From Epithemia pelagica (lineage: Eukaryota > Protista > Bacillariophyta): 64,000 nucleotides of DNA. The stretch covers positions 682,001-746,000 of the forward strand of contig OX337232.1 in the NCBI GenBank assembly GCA_946965045.2, in the 5' to 3' direction. Within the stretch, counting starts at the first letter, position 1. Each line of letters starts with the position of its first letter. Positions 45,522 through 55,246 of this stretch are shown one piece after another. The notes under the pieces were generated by a model. It worked only from the letters and a program-made list of their open reading frames with translations. It made no database searches and was not told the DNA's origin. The position numbers and the translations under genes are program-made.

Positions 45522-45758
45522 GCCAAAAGAAAAAAAAAACCACAACAAAACACTGGGTGATCAGATCCGTGTATTCACTGCAGTTGCGTCCTTTCGTCAA
45601 CTTATGAACTTCTTGTTCGTTTTGTATTTGGTTGGGGAAGTATCTTCCAACTTCACCCAACCAATCCTGACGTGGAGGTGCAATCTCGTTGAGGGACACG
45701 TCATTCATCTTCGTCGTTCGTCCGTCGGTCCCTTCTTGACCTGAGGGGTACGGTGCGG
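45522..45758. repeat. Repeat A2 (copy A1 at 53935-54169)
   Basis: Identical as read, except an A-run of 10 versus 8. Confidence 0.95.
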
Positions 45759-46287
45759 TACTAGTTCCTCGCTTCTCATCCAACGGTCGTGCTTCCTCAA
45801 CGGTCTCGTGTGCAAACTCACATCCAAATAGATATAACACATATATTACTATGCATACCAATACTCTGGGGGGGCTATGCCCTCCACCCTCCTTTCCCAA
45901 GGTGGGCGAGAATCGTGATTCGCTCCAGTCATGTCAGGACTCGGATCCTGGCATGGTCTGTCCGTTACGCGCGAGTGTGACTCCGATCAAGAATCCATCC
46001 CAGTCCAAACCCCAGTACGGAGCCAGAGAAACCTCGAAATATCTTCACAAGTTCTCTGCCGTATATTCCATGAGCTGCCAAGCCCTGGTCAACGTTTGGA
46101 GGATTTCATACAAGATTATCATCAGGCAAGCTGGCAACGACAAGCGAGCTAGGCCAACTCCGAAGAGTTGAGCCGAGCCAATTCCCCCATTTCGGTCATG
46201 CAAGTAATTTCTCTTTCTTGTCTTCGTCTTCTCTGCTTTGCCGCTTCTTGTTGTCCTTGCTCTTACTCCTCTCTTGTTTCTCCATTC

Positions 46288-47856
46288 TTACATTCCTGCT
46301 GAAAATTGAATCAAGGCTTCCACTGCAGTCTTCGCGTCGGAGTATCTCTCCAGCATTGTCATTCCGGGCAAGACTCCTCGGCTCCGAATGTGTTTCCGCC
46401 ATCTATTGTTCATTTCAATTACCTCGGTCTTGATCTTTCGGTTTTGTGCAGTTGTGGTGGCTCCTCGTCTGAAAGATCGCCTCGCGCTGTACACCTCATC
46501 GACTTTGATATTATCCGCCATCAAGTCTGGTCTTCGATGTTGAATGCGCTTCCATAGACTATGGAACAGGTGATCCAGATCTCCCACTAGAGCTCGTCTG
46601 GTTTTTCCTGTCTTGTCTGTTTGGCAAAACATGGGTCCTGAGGTTACTTTCCTCAGTTCCAACTCTTTGATAGCACGCCCGATCCATACCCGTATTTCTA
46701 TTCCAGATCCTGTCTTGATGGCCAGGGGTTGGATGTAAAGGCGAAAGGTGCCGTCCGTCTGTTTGAAACGGCCAGCGAGTGCCAGAGGGATGTGCGGAGC
46801 AGGTGTGTAATTAATGCCCTCCATCCAGTATTTTCGCAGCAATCCAACGTCAACCTGCGGTATTTCTTCGCCTCTTAATGCCGCACAGAATCCAATTACC
46901 ACCAATGCACCGGTAAGAGCTAGCTCCAGTCGTCGTTGTCCTTGTGGTGATTTCTTCCATTCCCCCTCCAAGATTTCCAATCCACAGTGAACTTCGTCTA
47001 ACGTAACTGCTCGGTCTGGAATCCAGACGTCACCCATTCGTCGGTGACACCCAGCCATAAATCTTTTGAACCACAGGGAGTTCGTGGGACTGGCAGTAAA
47101 CATCATCGATGATCGGTCGCTTCCTCCCATGGTCGACAATCCAGTGTATCCTGGCAACGTGTGAGCAAAATTGGACACCACTGACCTTACTTTTCTTGCC
47201 GTCTCGTATTGTATGTGTTTTGCGTTTCTTCCAACACTCAAGGTTTTCATGAGCATCAAGCTGGCGATCCCAACCCCCTGGGTGTCGCCGATTGGGAATG
47301 GGCCACGCTCGGGCAATGGCTCATCAAGCCCAATTGACTCGCCCAAGTTTCGCAAATTCTTCATTTCTCTTGTGTTCTTCTCTACGGTTGATCTTTCTCT
47401 CGACCAAAAGGAATCTAAAATTGCTCGGCGGATGCACACGGCTAACAACATGTCTTGCTCCGAGTCTTCTCTGGCATATCGTCCCTTTAAGTTATAAAAG
47501 GTGCATGAGTCGCACTGAAAGGGGCACATGAGATGGTCTCCATCTCTCGCTTCTTTGAAGCGATTCTCGTCATCTTCCAATTCGCCATGTCCTTCTGTAT
47601 CCAACAATGCATCGTCCAAATCGCCGGCCTCCAAGATGGGAAATCTGTCTCGGTCATCTTGGCGATAACAACCAGCATGCCAAACGCTTCTGCACACTTT
47701 ACTCGTGCCCCTGGTACGTCCATAATTTGCGCAAACAACGCCCATCAGTGGGTGGACCGGATGCCCACATTTCAGACAGGGCAGTTCTTGTCTCATCCAA
47801 TAATCTGTTTGCTTTGGAGACTTGCCATGGCCTGGAAGATAAATGAGGGCAAACAA
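46288..47856 (-). CDS. Tyrosine recombinase with a Cys/His-rich N-terminal region
   Basis: ALRGEE (catalytic R), YSARRSFRRGATT (H/S-x-x-R region), NNRWR and MLERYSD (catalytic Y). Confidence 0.92.
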   Translation of the reverse strand: MFALIYLPGHGKSPKQTDYWMRQELPCLKCGHPVHPLMGVVCANYGRTRGTSKVCRSVWHAGCYRQDDRDRFPILEAGDLDDALLDTEGHGELEDDENRFKEARDGDHLMCPFQCDSCTFYNLKGRYAREDSEQDMLLAVCIRRAILDSFWSRERSTVEKNTREMKNLRNLGESIGLDEPLPERGPFPIGDTQGVGIASLMLMKTLSVGRNAKHIQYETARKVRSVVSNFAHTLPGYTGLSTMGGSDRSSMMFTASPTNSLWFKRFMAGCHRRMGDVWIPDRAVTLDEVHCGLEILEGEWKKSPQGQRRLELALTGALVVIGFCAALRGEEIPQVDVGLLRKYWMEGINYTPAPHIPLALAGRFKQTDGTFRLYIQPLAIKTGSGIEIRVWIGRAIKELELRKVTSGPMFCQTDKTGKTRRALVGDLDHLFHSLWKRIQHRRPDLMADNIKVDEVYSARRSFRRGATTTAQNRKIKTEVIEMNNRWRKHIRSRGVLPGMTMLERYSDAKTAVEALIQFSAGM

Positions 47857-50800
47857 ACGCAGCTATTAGAGGTTCATGTTGCTCTTTGCTCCAGATGTCA
47901 CAATCAACCGGAATGGTGAAGACAAAGTCTGCAACCTTTCCCAGTTTCTTGCGCCAGCGATTGCTCATGAGCGCTGGACAAACGAAAATGTGGGCATTGT
48001 CGGGGCGTATGTGGTTCGAATCGCAAAGTAAGTCTACTGCGACGTCGGCTATTGCGGGCGGTGGCGCCCAGACGAATCTTCCGCGCTTGAAACCCTTGTC
48101 ATACCAATCTTGTGGGTCCAGAAGATTCCAGAACCCCGTTCCTGACGTTCTGATAAGCCAATCGACCACACCAGGCTGTCTCTCTTCACACGACTTGTTC
48201 AAAGGTACGTAAAACAGCATCGAATTTCCCGACATGACTCCTGTCATTAAGTCACCTCTGGACAGTCCATCTGTGCCTTGAGATATCATCCGAGTACCCG
48301 CCACCCAGACCACTCGCATGAAAATGTTACCGTTCATCTCTAACTTTCTTGCTCTTAGAACCAGTTCAAACAGCAGTCTTGTTGAGGAGGTTCCTCGATA
48401 GAACGCGGCCTCGGCTGTCGAGTTGTCCGTGAACATAAATACTTCCGTCCCTTGTTTCAAACTGCCACATGCAACCAAGGACTCTAGTCGCAGAATCAAG
48501 TTATAAAGTTCTCTGAAATTGGACGACCGAGCGCCATATTCCCGGGTCCATAACCCATGTTCAGTTTCGACATCGTCCGAGCCGTACACCCAAAGGGATG
48601 AGCCGAATCCTTCGCCCGAGGCATCCCCGAATATGATTACTACGCTTGCTCCCTTCTTTGGTCTGGCCAAGAGCTTCAGAGGTTGTTCAGAGGCTGTTAA
48701 AGAGGACATTGCCCTGACGTCGTCATCAAAACGACGAGCCTTCCTTACAGTCTTTGGCGCCGGTCCTTGGACGATCTTCCTAACCTCAGCGTCATTCAAA
48801 AGCTCGTTCCGTTCCTTCGATTTCAACCTCCAGCCTTCCTCATCTCTGTCGGGTCTCCACGATTCAAGGGTAAGATGAACTCCCTTCAAGTACGGTACGA
48901 GACTTTGGTAAGTCAAGGACACGTAGACCAGGAACCCTCTTATCTTCTCTAACTCTTTTCGGTTGATCTCCTTTTCGGATTTCGACCATTCTCTCAACGA
49001 CGCTATGTGGTTGCGTGTCTTATCCCATCGCTCTTGGGAGACTGTCTTGTATATCGCATCGTCTGTGGTTTCTACGACAGCACCTGCCCACGCTCCTGGT
49101 GACCGACTTGGCGGTCTTCGTTTCCTAGCCGCGTCTTGGAGACCGAAATGTGCAGAGCCTTTGGCCATGGTGCTTGCGGCTAACCAGGCCTCTTCTTGAG
49201 TTGGTGCGGTTTCTCTGAGGTCGTCCACATACGTGTGGACATCAATTGCAATTCGTCCATCCTCTCTGAGTTTACAGATCCATGGCTTGGATGGGTCGTA
49301 ATCGTTGTTCCCAGGAAGATTCAGCCGGACTTCGGACCATCGGAAAATGTTGTCCGGGTCTGTTCGGCACCCAAAAACAATTCGCTTGACTCTTTGTGAA
49401 CATTGGGTTGTTTGATATGGGGAAACGGTTACCCCCATGGCACATCGCACCCAAGTTTCCCACTTTCGCTTTCCTTTGGTACCGTTCTCGTCTTCCATCT
49501 CTTCTGGAAACAGGGTGGTAAGGTCGACGCCAGTGTACTTGCGGATTTCGGGGTGTATCCAAAAATTTAGGAACATCTCCCCGAAATCATTGTCAGCTGA
49601 CCAAGTACACGCTTCTACCGTCCTTAACATGGTGTCGACCGTTGCTAGTCCGAACCAAGGAGCGTGCAACGCGTGGTTCAAGCCACTTTTGGTGCCGTCG
49701 TACACCATTCGTATATCATCCGTCCCCTTAGGGACTGAGAAGAAGCTTGTGAGAGACAGAATACCTGGACGTGGTGCGATGTATCCTCTCTGCCTCACTT
49801 TCCCAATCTTCTTCTTTTCTAAATTCAGACTGATGGGGTCTGGGTTTGGTCGCTGGGGAATTCGGTATCTAGGCGGAGGTCCTGTCCACATTGGCTTCAC
49901 TCCGTCGCGCATTTCAGTCATCCAGGTAAGGTCCGGCATTCTCCAGAAAAAGGGTGACGATCCCTGATCCCAGTCCCACCATGAAGCGAGTGCAGAATGC
50001 CGCAGAGCACTCAACCCTGATTCAATCGATGCCTTTCTTTCCCTGTCGTCCATCTTTTTGCAGTGCAACCGCCACCAAGTCCAAAAGTCTTGTGCGACTA
50101 CTCGCTTCCAGTAGCGGAGTGTTCCTCTGCGAATTGTGTCCAACGCATCGATCGCTTCTTTCACTTCTGGAGCCGTTTCAAAAGAATAGTGGCTCAATAT
50201 GCGGTCGTTCCACAGGTGATACGGAATTGAGGCGTCGTCCGACTTGGTTGCCTTTAGATTTCGGTCCTCTTCCCTTTCTTCCAGATTGGAAACAACAATC
50301 AACGATGGATCTATGTCGTCTGGAGAAACTACTTCACCGTCGTCCTCCTTCATTCCATAGTGGTCCGACGTCGATCTTTTCGAGTCCGACTCTGAGTTTC
50401 TTTCGGGAGAAAGCACTTTTGAAATGACACCTTCAGAAAATCTTCGCAACAAATGTGCCACCTGAATCCGTGTTTTGAATGGTGGACCGATCTTAGCAAT
50501 CCAGCGTTCCAGTTCGGAGTCTGTTGCCCGTTTACTCAACACCGCGGGGAAGTCAAGACCCAAAGCCAACTCCCGTATCCCCAACTTGCGTGAAACAAAG
50601 CCCGTGGGAGAAAAGACGCTGGGCAGTATATGTTCCTTCCCTCGATCCACCTTCCAATTTAGTTTTCGATCCAACAATTCGGCGGATCCAACAATTTTTG
50701 ACTTTGGACGTCCATGCAGCGTGGGATCAACAATGCCCCGGACTGTTGTTGACGACAGGCCCGGCTCGATGGATCCTTCCCACCATTCTTCAAACGATCG

Positions 50801-51508
50801 ACTCGTGCTTTCTTTCGGGCACATCCTCGTCGATATGAACATCCAATCTACATTGGTGGTGACGCCTCCCAAGATGCCGTGGTCCAGTCTCAACTTGGCC
50901 GTCTTCCAATAGTCAAGTGTAGAAGGAGGTCCAGCAGACGCTCTGCTTTTCCACCAGATGACGAACTTTGGTCCATCTTGAACTAACCAAACAGGATGGT
51001 GTGGTCCGGGAGAGACATCGTCGAAGAACACAATATCAGCCTTGTTCCAGTGCTTCTCATCTTCTTGACGATGTGTCGTCTTGTTTTGCCAAACCGGCTT
51101 CAACTTTCCATTGGAGCTCCGCTTGGACCCAATTATTTGAGGCTTCTTCGGTACAAGCAATGAGGACCATTGTTCCGAGGCCGTCTCGCAGATCGTGGCG
51201 TCGGATTCCTCTATCCTGTCAATCCATATTACCTGTCCCAAGGTCGTCACAGCCCAAAACCAGAACGGGGTAGAGCGACAAACTATTCCAATTTTGTGTT
51301 CTCCTGCACATGCCTTGAGCACTCCTTGCTTTTTCTCCAAAACTCCCGCATCGCAGATCGTTGAAGAAGAATTGGCTATAGCTACCTTATCTTCGCTATC
51401 TTTCTCGCTGAGAGGAGTCGCCATCGATGTGGGTGATTTTGATGCAAGCGACTGTTCTCTTTCCTTTCGCTTTCTTCCCGAAACGGTCGCGGTGGAGATG
51501 AGAAGCAT
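47699..51508 (-). CDS. pol: Reverse transcriptase plus RNase H polyprotein with an N-terminal extension
   Basis: DIRMVYDGTKSGLN, DFGEMFLNF, TYVDD; FGDASGEGFG, SSNFREL, FTDN and TDGLSRG. Confidence 0.95.
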   Translation of the reverse strand: MLLISTATVSGRKRKEREQSLASKSPTSMATPLSEKDSEDKVAIANSSSTICDAGVLEKKQGVLKACAGEHKIGIVCRSTPFWFWAVTTLGQVIWIDRIEESDATICETASEQWSSLLVPKKPQIIGSKRSSNGKLKPVWQNKTTHRQEDEKHWNKADIVFFDDVSPGPHHPVWLVQDGPKFVIWWKSRASAGPPSTLDYWKTAKLRLDHGILGGVTTNVDWMFISTRMCPKESTSRSFEEWWEGSIEPGLSSTTVRGIVDPTLHGRPKSKIVGSAELLDRKLNWKVDRGKEHILPSVFSPTGFVSRKLGIRELALGLDFPAVLSKRATDSELERWIAKIGPPFKTRIQVAHLLRRFSEGVISKVLSPERNSESDSKRSTSDHYGMKEDDGEVVSPDDIDPSLIVVSNLEEREEDRNLKATKSDDASIPYHLWNDRILSHYSFETAPEVKEAIDALDTIRRGTLRYWKRVVAQDFWTWWRLHCKKMDDRERKASIESGLSALRHSALASWWDWDQGSSPFFWRMPDLTWMTEMRDGVKPMWTGPPPRYRIPQRPNPDPISLNLEKKKIGKVRQRGYIAPRPGILSLTSFFSVPKGTDDIRMVYDGTKSGLNHALHAPWFGLATVDTMLRTVEACTWSADNDFGEMFLNFWIHPEIRKYTGVDLTTLFPEEMEDENGTKGKRKWETWVRCAMGVTVSPYQTTQCSQRVKRIVFGCRTDPDNIFRWSEVRLNLPGNNDYDPSKPWICKLREDGRIAIDVHTYVDDLRETAPTQEEAWLAASTMAKGSAHFGLQDAARKRRPPSRSPGAWAGAVVETTDDAIYKTVSQERWDKTRNHIASLREWSKSEKEINRKELEKIRGFLVYVSLTYQSLVPYLKGVHLTLESWRPDRDEEGWRLKSKERNELLNDAEVRKIVQGPAPKTVRKARRFDDDVRAMSSLTASEQPLKLLARPKKGASVVIIFGDASGEGFGSSLWVYGSDDVETEHGLWTREYGARSSNFRELYNLILRLESLVACGSLKQGTEVFMFTDNSTAEAAFYRGTSSTRLLFELVLRARKLEMNGNIFMRVVWVAGTRMISQGTDGLSRGDLMTGVMSGNSMLFYVPLNKSCEERQPGVVDWLIRTSGTGFWNLLDPQDWYDKGFKRGRFVWAPPPAIADVAVDLLCDSNHIRPDNAHIFVCPALMSNRWRKKLGKVADFVFTIPVDCDIWSKEQHEPLIAAFVCPHLSSRPWQVSKANRLLDETRTALSEMWASGPPTDGRCLRKLWTYQGHE

Positions 51509-51514
51509 AGCTTG

Positions 51515-53959
51515 TCAGTTTCCTTTGTTTTTCGCGTCCGCTCCTGTTGCCGCCTTGTTGTTTCCTCCCCCACTTTTCTTATTCGTCGCAGCAACTACCT
51601 GGTTTATGGAACGTTGGACCTTCTCCAACCGTTCCGAAAATTCGAGCTGAAGTGAATCAAACTTCGATCGAGGAGTGGAGAATCGAATTAGGTGCTCATG
51701 CAGAATGAGGGCAATCTTGGGATGCCCACTGAACTCATGAGCCCTGTATTCGCGCATCACCTCGTGGGCTCGTAGAGTGCCCCAAAGCATACCACCCGCC
51801 GTATTCGTAGCTCGTCCAGGGGCCCGCGCATCACGTAGACTTTTAAAGACTGCTCTAACGCAGTGCGATATTAGCACCCACACCTCATGCTCACTCGCAT
51901 CACTTTCTTCTTTTATTTCTCTGTGGTACCGAACCATCCAGTGGCATAGGTCGTCCCAGAACGTTTTGCTTAACAACAAAAGTTCTTTAGACACGCTGGA
52001 CGGTTCGGAACCAAACGCAAACAGCTCTCCGATGGCCTGTTCAATGGTCTTACGGCCATCCTTCACGTAGTCCAAGATTCGCTGGTGGATTCCTTCCCGA
52101 CCCGAGGGAGGGTGGAAATCCACAAACTTGGGTACTCCAGCTAATGCTCGCGAATTCGTTGTGAGCGACGAATCGCTGCCCTTGCCCAATAGAGGCGGGA
52201 CTTCCAAGTTAAAAGAAGCAATGAAGGCTGTGTGGTAAGGTGTTTTGTCCTTGACCTTAGCCGTCGTCGCCCGTTGGTTAGCGGCGTGTCCTTCGTCAAG
52301 ACTAGCGTCCGATGTCGCCAAAGAGAGAAGGGAGACAGCATCTTCGAAAACATGTGGGTCCCCATCTGCACCATGCAGCAACAACCATGCGTCACAAAAT
52401 TTCCGCGAAGAGAAAACAATAGAACCGACGATTATAGAATCTGATTCGGCCTGATCTTGTAGGTCCTTCACGTCTGCTTTTAGCTGCTTCAATTCTTCTT
52501 GCAGCGCGACCAAAGCAACAGACGGAACAGGCCCAGATCCACTGTGGATTGCTGTCGTCGGAGGAGCAACCACTGGTCGACCAGCACCTGCTCCCCAGGC
52601 GAATAGGGGAGTCTGACCCATCGTTGGTGCAGTCGGAGTCCCTGTAGGTCCCACACTTTCAAGGGTGGCCACCCGCGTCTTCAAATCCGACAACTCTCCA
52701 TCCCATTTGCCACCAGGATCCATTGTTGTTAACGATGATCGCGAAAGCAGTTTCATGGTTGGATCGATGAAGTGGTTACGAAAATCTCCACTCGTAAAAA
52801 ACTGTTCAATTTGCTTCCGGCAAAGCTTGTCCACTTCACTCGAAAAATCGTCAACATGGTCTTCCAAAACCAAGAGTCGTTGGTGGACCTCTGGATGGAC
52901 GTTCGCCGTCGATTCCTTCTGTTTGATATCCAAAACAGTCTGACTCATGGACTCCACTGTCTCTGACAACTGTCCCAGCAGACCAAACGCCGACAATGTA
53001 CCAAAAGCAGCCGGTCTCTCACCCAACAGCTCGTGAAGGACTGATAACTTCACGTGTATCTCGTCCAACTGTTGATCAACGCGAGAATGGACTCCACGGC
53101 GCTTTGATTGTTCTTCCTCGACAGCTCCCTTCAGCACGGCCACGTTCGAAAGCAAGTCCTTCCAAGCACCTTGGGAGAGGTTCTTAAACGCAGATGTAGG
53201 CTGCGTCCCAAGTTCATGTGGCACCTTTACGAATGATAAAGAGGAGGTGGACACGGACGATCCCATCGACGACGAAGGGGACAGCTTGCGATCAACATCC
53301 ATCTCGTCGTCCTGAATCGGAGGCAGCTTGACCTTCTTTCGAGCCGGAGTAAACACAAACTTGATTTCAGATTTAGTGGTCTCAAGCAAATCAGCTACCG
53401 TTCGTTTATCGATTGCATCCTGTCCTGAAGACATGAACGTATCTCGAATTGCCGAGAACGTGGCCTGCCAACTTTCAAGACTTCTTGGGGATGTTTCGAG
53501 TTCGGACCATTCCGCATCTTGAATGTAGGAACCAGGCAGAACCGGAGAGGAGAATATGGTGCTTGAAGAATCAGCGTCGTTCCCGCTCGCGCCCCGAATA
53601 AACATACAATGGGATTCCTCCCCTGCTAACGCCATCCAGGCCATCTTCTTGGAAGTATGGGAGGCAATGGTACAATCCTGACGGAGACAGATTCGCTGCC
53701 CCGACCCAATTACGCCCCGACATAAGCCCACAAACTCGGATTCATCCATCCGAAGGATACCGTAGAGAGGGCCCGAACGTAGGGCACCCCCCCCGGTCGC
53801 AACACTAATAGACTCACCTGACGACCCCACAGAGGGCGAGGATTCCGAAGTCCCGACCCAATCAAACTTCATGGTGAAAAAGAAGAACACAAGAGGTAAG
53901 AGTGGTTGGCACGGTCGACAGGGAGGGAAAAGAAGCCAAAAGAAAAAAAACCACAACAA
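51515..53959 (-). CDS. gag: gag-like ORF1 of the YR retrotransposon (likely start MKFDWV at ~53872)
   Basis: Long ORF in the ORF1 position, with N-terminal C-x9-C-x4-C-x4-H and coiled-coil segments. Its stop lies 7 nt before the pol ATG. Confidence 0.85.
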   Translation of the reverse strand: MLWFFFFWLLFPPCRPCQPLLPLVFFFFTMKFDWVGTSESSPSVGSSGESISVATGGGALRSGPLYGILRMDESEFVGLCRGVIGSGQRICLRQDCTIASHTSKKMAWMALAGEESHCMFIRGASGNDADSSSTIFSSPVLPGSYIQDAEWSELETSPRSLESWQATFSAIRDTFMSSGQDAIDKRTVADLLETTKSEIKFVFTPARKKVKLPPIQDDEMDVDRKLSPSSSMGSSVSTSSLSFVKVPHELGTQPTSAFKNLSQGAWKDLLSNVAVLKGAVEEEQSKRRGVHSRVDQQLDEIHVKLSVLHELLGERPAAFGTLSAFGLLGQLSETVESMSQTVLDIKQKESTANVHPEVHQRLLVLEDHVDDFSSEVDKLCRKQIEQFFTSGDFRNHFIDPTMKLLSRSSLTTMDPGGKWDGELSDLKTRVATLESVGPTGTPTAPTMGQTPLFAWGAGAGRPVVAPPTTAIHSGSGPVPSVALVALQEELKQLKADVKDLQDQAESDSIIVGSIVFSSRKFCDAWLLLHGADGDPHVFEDAVSLLSLATSDASLDEGHAANQRATTAKVKDKTPYHTAFIASFNLEVPPLLGKGSDSSLTTNSRALAGVPKFVDFHPPSGREGIHQRILDYVKDGRKTIEQAIGELFAFGSEPSSVSKELLLLSKTFWDDLCHWMVRYHREIKEESDASEHEVWVLISHCVRAVFKSLRDARAPGRATNTAGGMLWGTLRAHEVMREYRAHEFSGHPKIALILHEHLIRFSTPRSKFDSLQLEFSERLEKVQRSINQVVAATNKKSGGGNNKAATGADAKNKGN

Positions 53960-54188
53960 AACACTGGGTGATCAGATCCGTGTATTCACTGCAGTTGCGT
54001 CCTTTCGTCAACTTATGAACTTCTTGTTCGTTTTGTATTTGGTTGGGGAAGTATCTTCCAACTTCACCCAACCAATCCTGACGTGGAGGTGCAATCTCGT
54101 TGAGGGACACGTCATTCATCTTCGTCGTTCGTCCGTCGGTCCCTTCTTGACCTGAGGGGTACGGTGCGGCACCAATGCATAACAGCTA

Positions 54189-54908
54189 CTCCCTCCGGCC
54201 TTTTTTTATCGCACGATCTATTTTTCGAAAAATCAGTCGCATAAACACCCGTCGTAGGACCTGGTACATTTCTACAGGAGGATGGCCGGCTCATTCGGAG
54301 TCGAATTTTATAGATGAACATTCAATGTGACACGCGCCACAACTTAACTATCCTTCTATCGCGTGACACTTTTAACCGCTTCTGTAGCAGCAGTCGAAGA
54401 ACACATTGGAATCGACCACGCGCGCGTGCGTTGGATGAAATTTCGGGGGAGTTAATTAAGTCCACCGCGTGCGAGTTGCTCTGCGCACTCTCATAGCCAA
54501 CTTATGATGGATCGATGAACTCCAAAAATTTTGGCGACGAAAGACAAAACACCTCTGGCAAGGTGCCATTCAGATGGGGAAGGATAGATGAATGTCTATA
54601 GAACGTCCACAGTCATTAGCCGGCAAGTCTATGTACTTTACCCCCTCGCGGGCCTGGCTGGAGGGTGCCATCCCATGGGTGCGCCTGGGGGGCCAGAACC
54701 GGTACCCCAAAGTTTGGATTGCGTTTTTAGCCTCTTTTAGTTCCATGTAGCTCTTCAGGATTGTGAGATGGAACATATAAATTATACATGGAAATTTGAG
54801 TCTAGTAATAAGCTTTCGATCTATATAATTTTTAGCGCGAACGGGCTGACGCTCGAGACGTTATTTCATTTTTCTCAACTTCGTGCGATAAAAAAAGGCC
54901 GGAGGGAG
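54189..54908. mobile_element. Stowaway-like (Tc1/mariner) MITE, 720 bp
   Basis: Perfect 28-bp TIR CTCCCTCCGGCCTTTTTTTATCGCACGA, with TA at 54187-54188 and 54909-54910. Confidence 0.93.
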
Positions 54909-55246
54909 TAATAGCACCACCATCACCATGAACAGTAAAGCCGCAGTGCACCTCCAACGAAAGGTGCTAGCACTCCTCCGACCATCAAGCATGCCTCAGA
55001 ATGGAGTGTACCGTGAAGGTTGAAAAGGGCGGCGATGAGTTGGATAGTTTGATCGAGCTACAACTACATTTGCAATGTCTTCCAGTTTGATGAGTGATGA
55101 GGGAAAGTCGTGACAAGAATATCAACACAATGGAGACAGATAACGATGGAAAGATAAAGATCACAACGGAGGAACGACGGAGAAAGATTCAATTCGGGTC
55201 AAGGAATGATGGACGACCCGGAAATTGAAACACGACAATCAGACGG

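Larger units (their letters stand above)
45077..54169 (-). mobile_element. Tyrosine-recombinase retrotransposon, Ngaro/PAT-type split-direct-repeat structure, apparently intact (~9.1 kb)
   Basis: A1 53935-54169, then gag, RT/RH and YR, then B1 45759-46182, A2 45522-45758 and B2 45079-45502. No TSD; GG is shared at both ends and at the A2/B1 junction. Confidence 0.95.

Noticed and set aside
44910-54958. GTGCACCTCCAAC on both sides of the YR element as a possible TSD
   Set aside because: The copies lie ~150 bp and ~780 bp from the element ends, and YR elements do not make TSDs.
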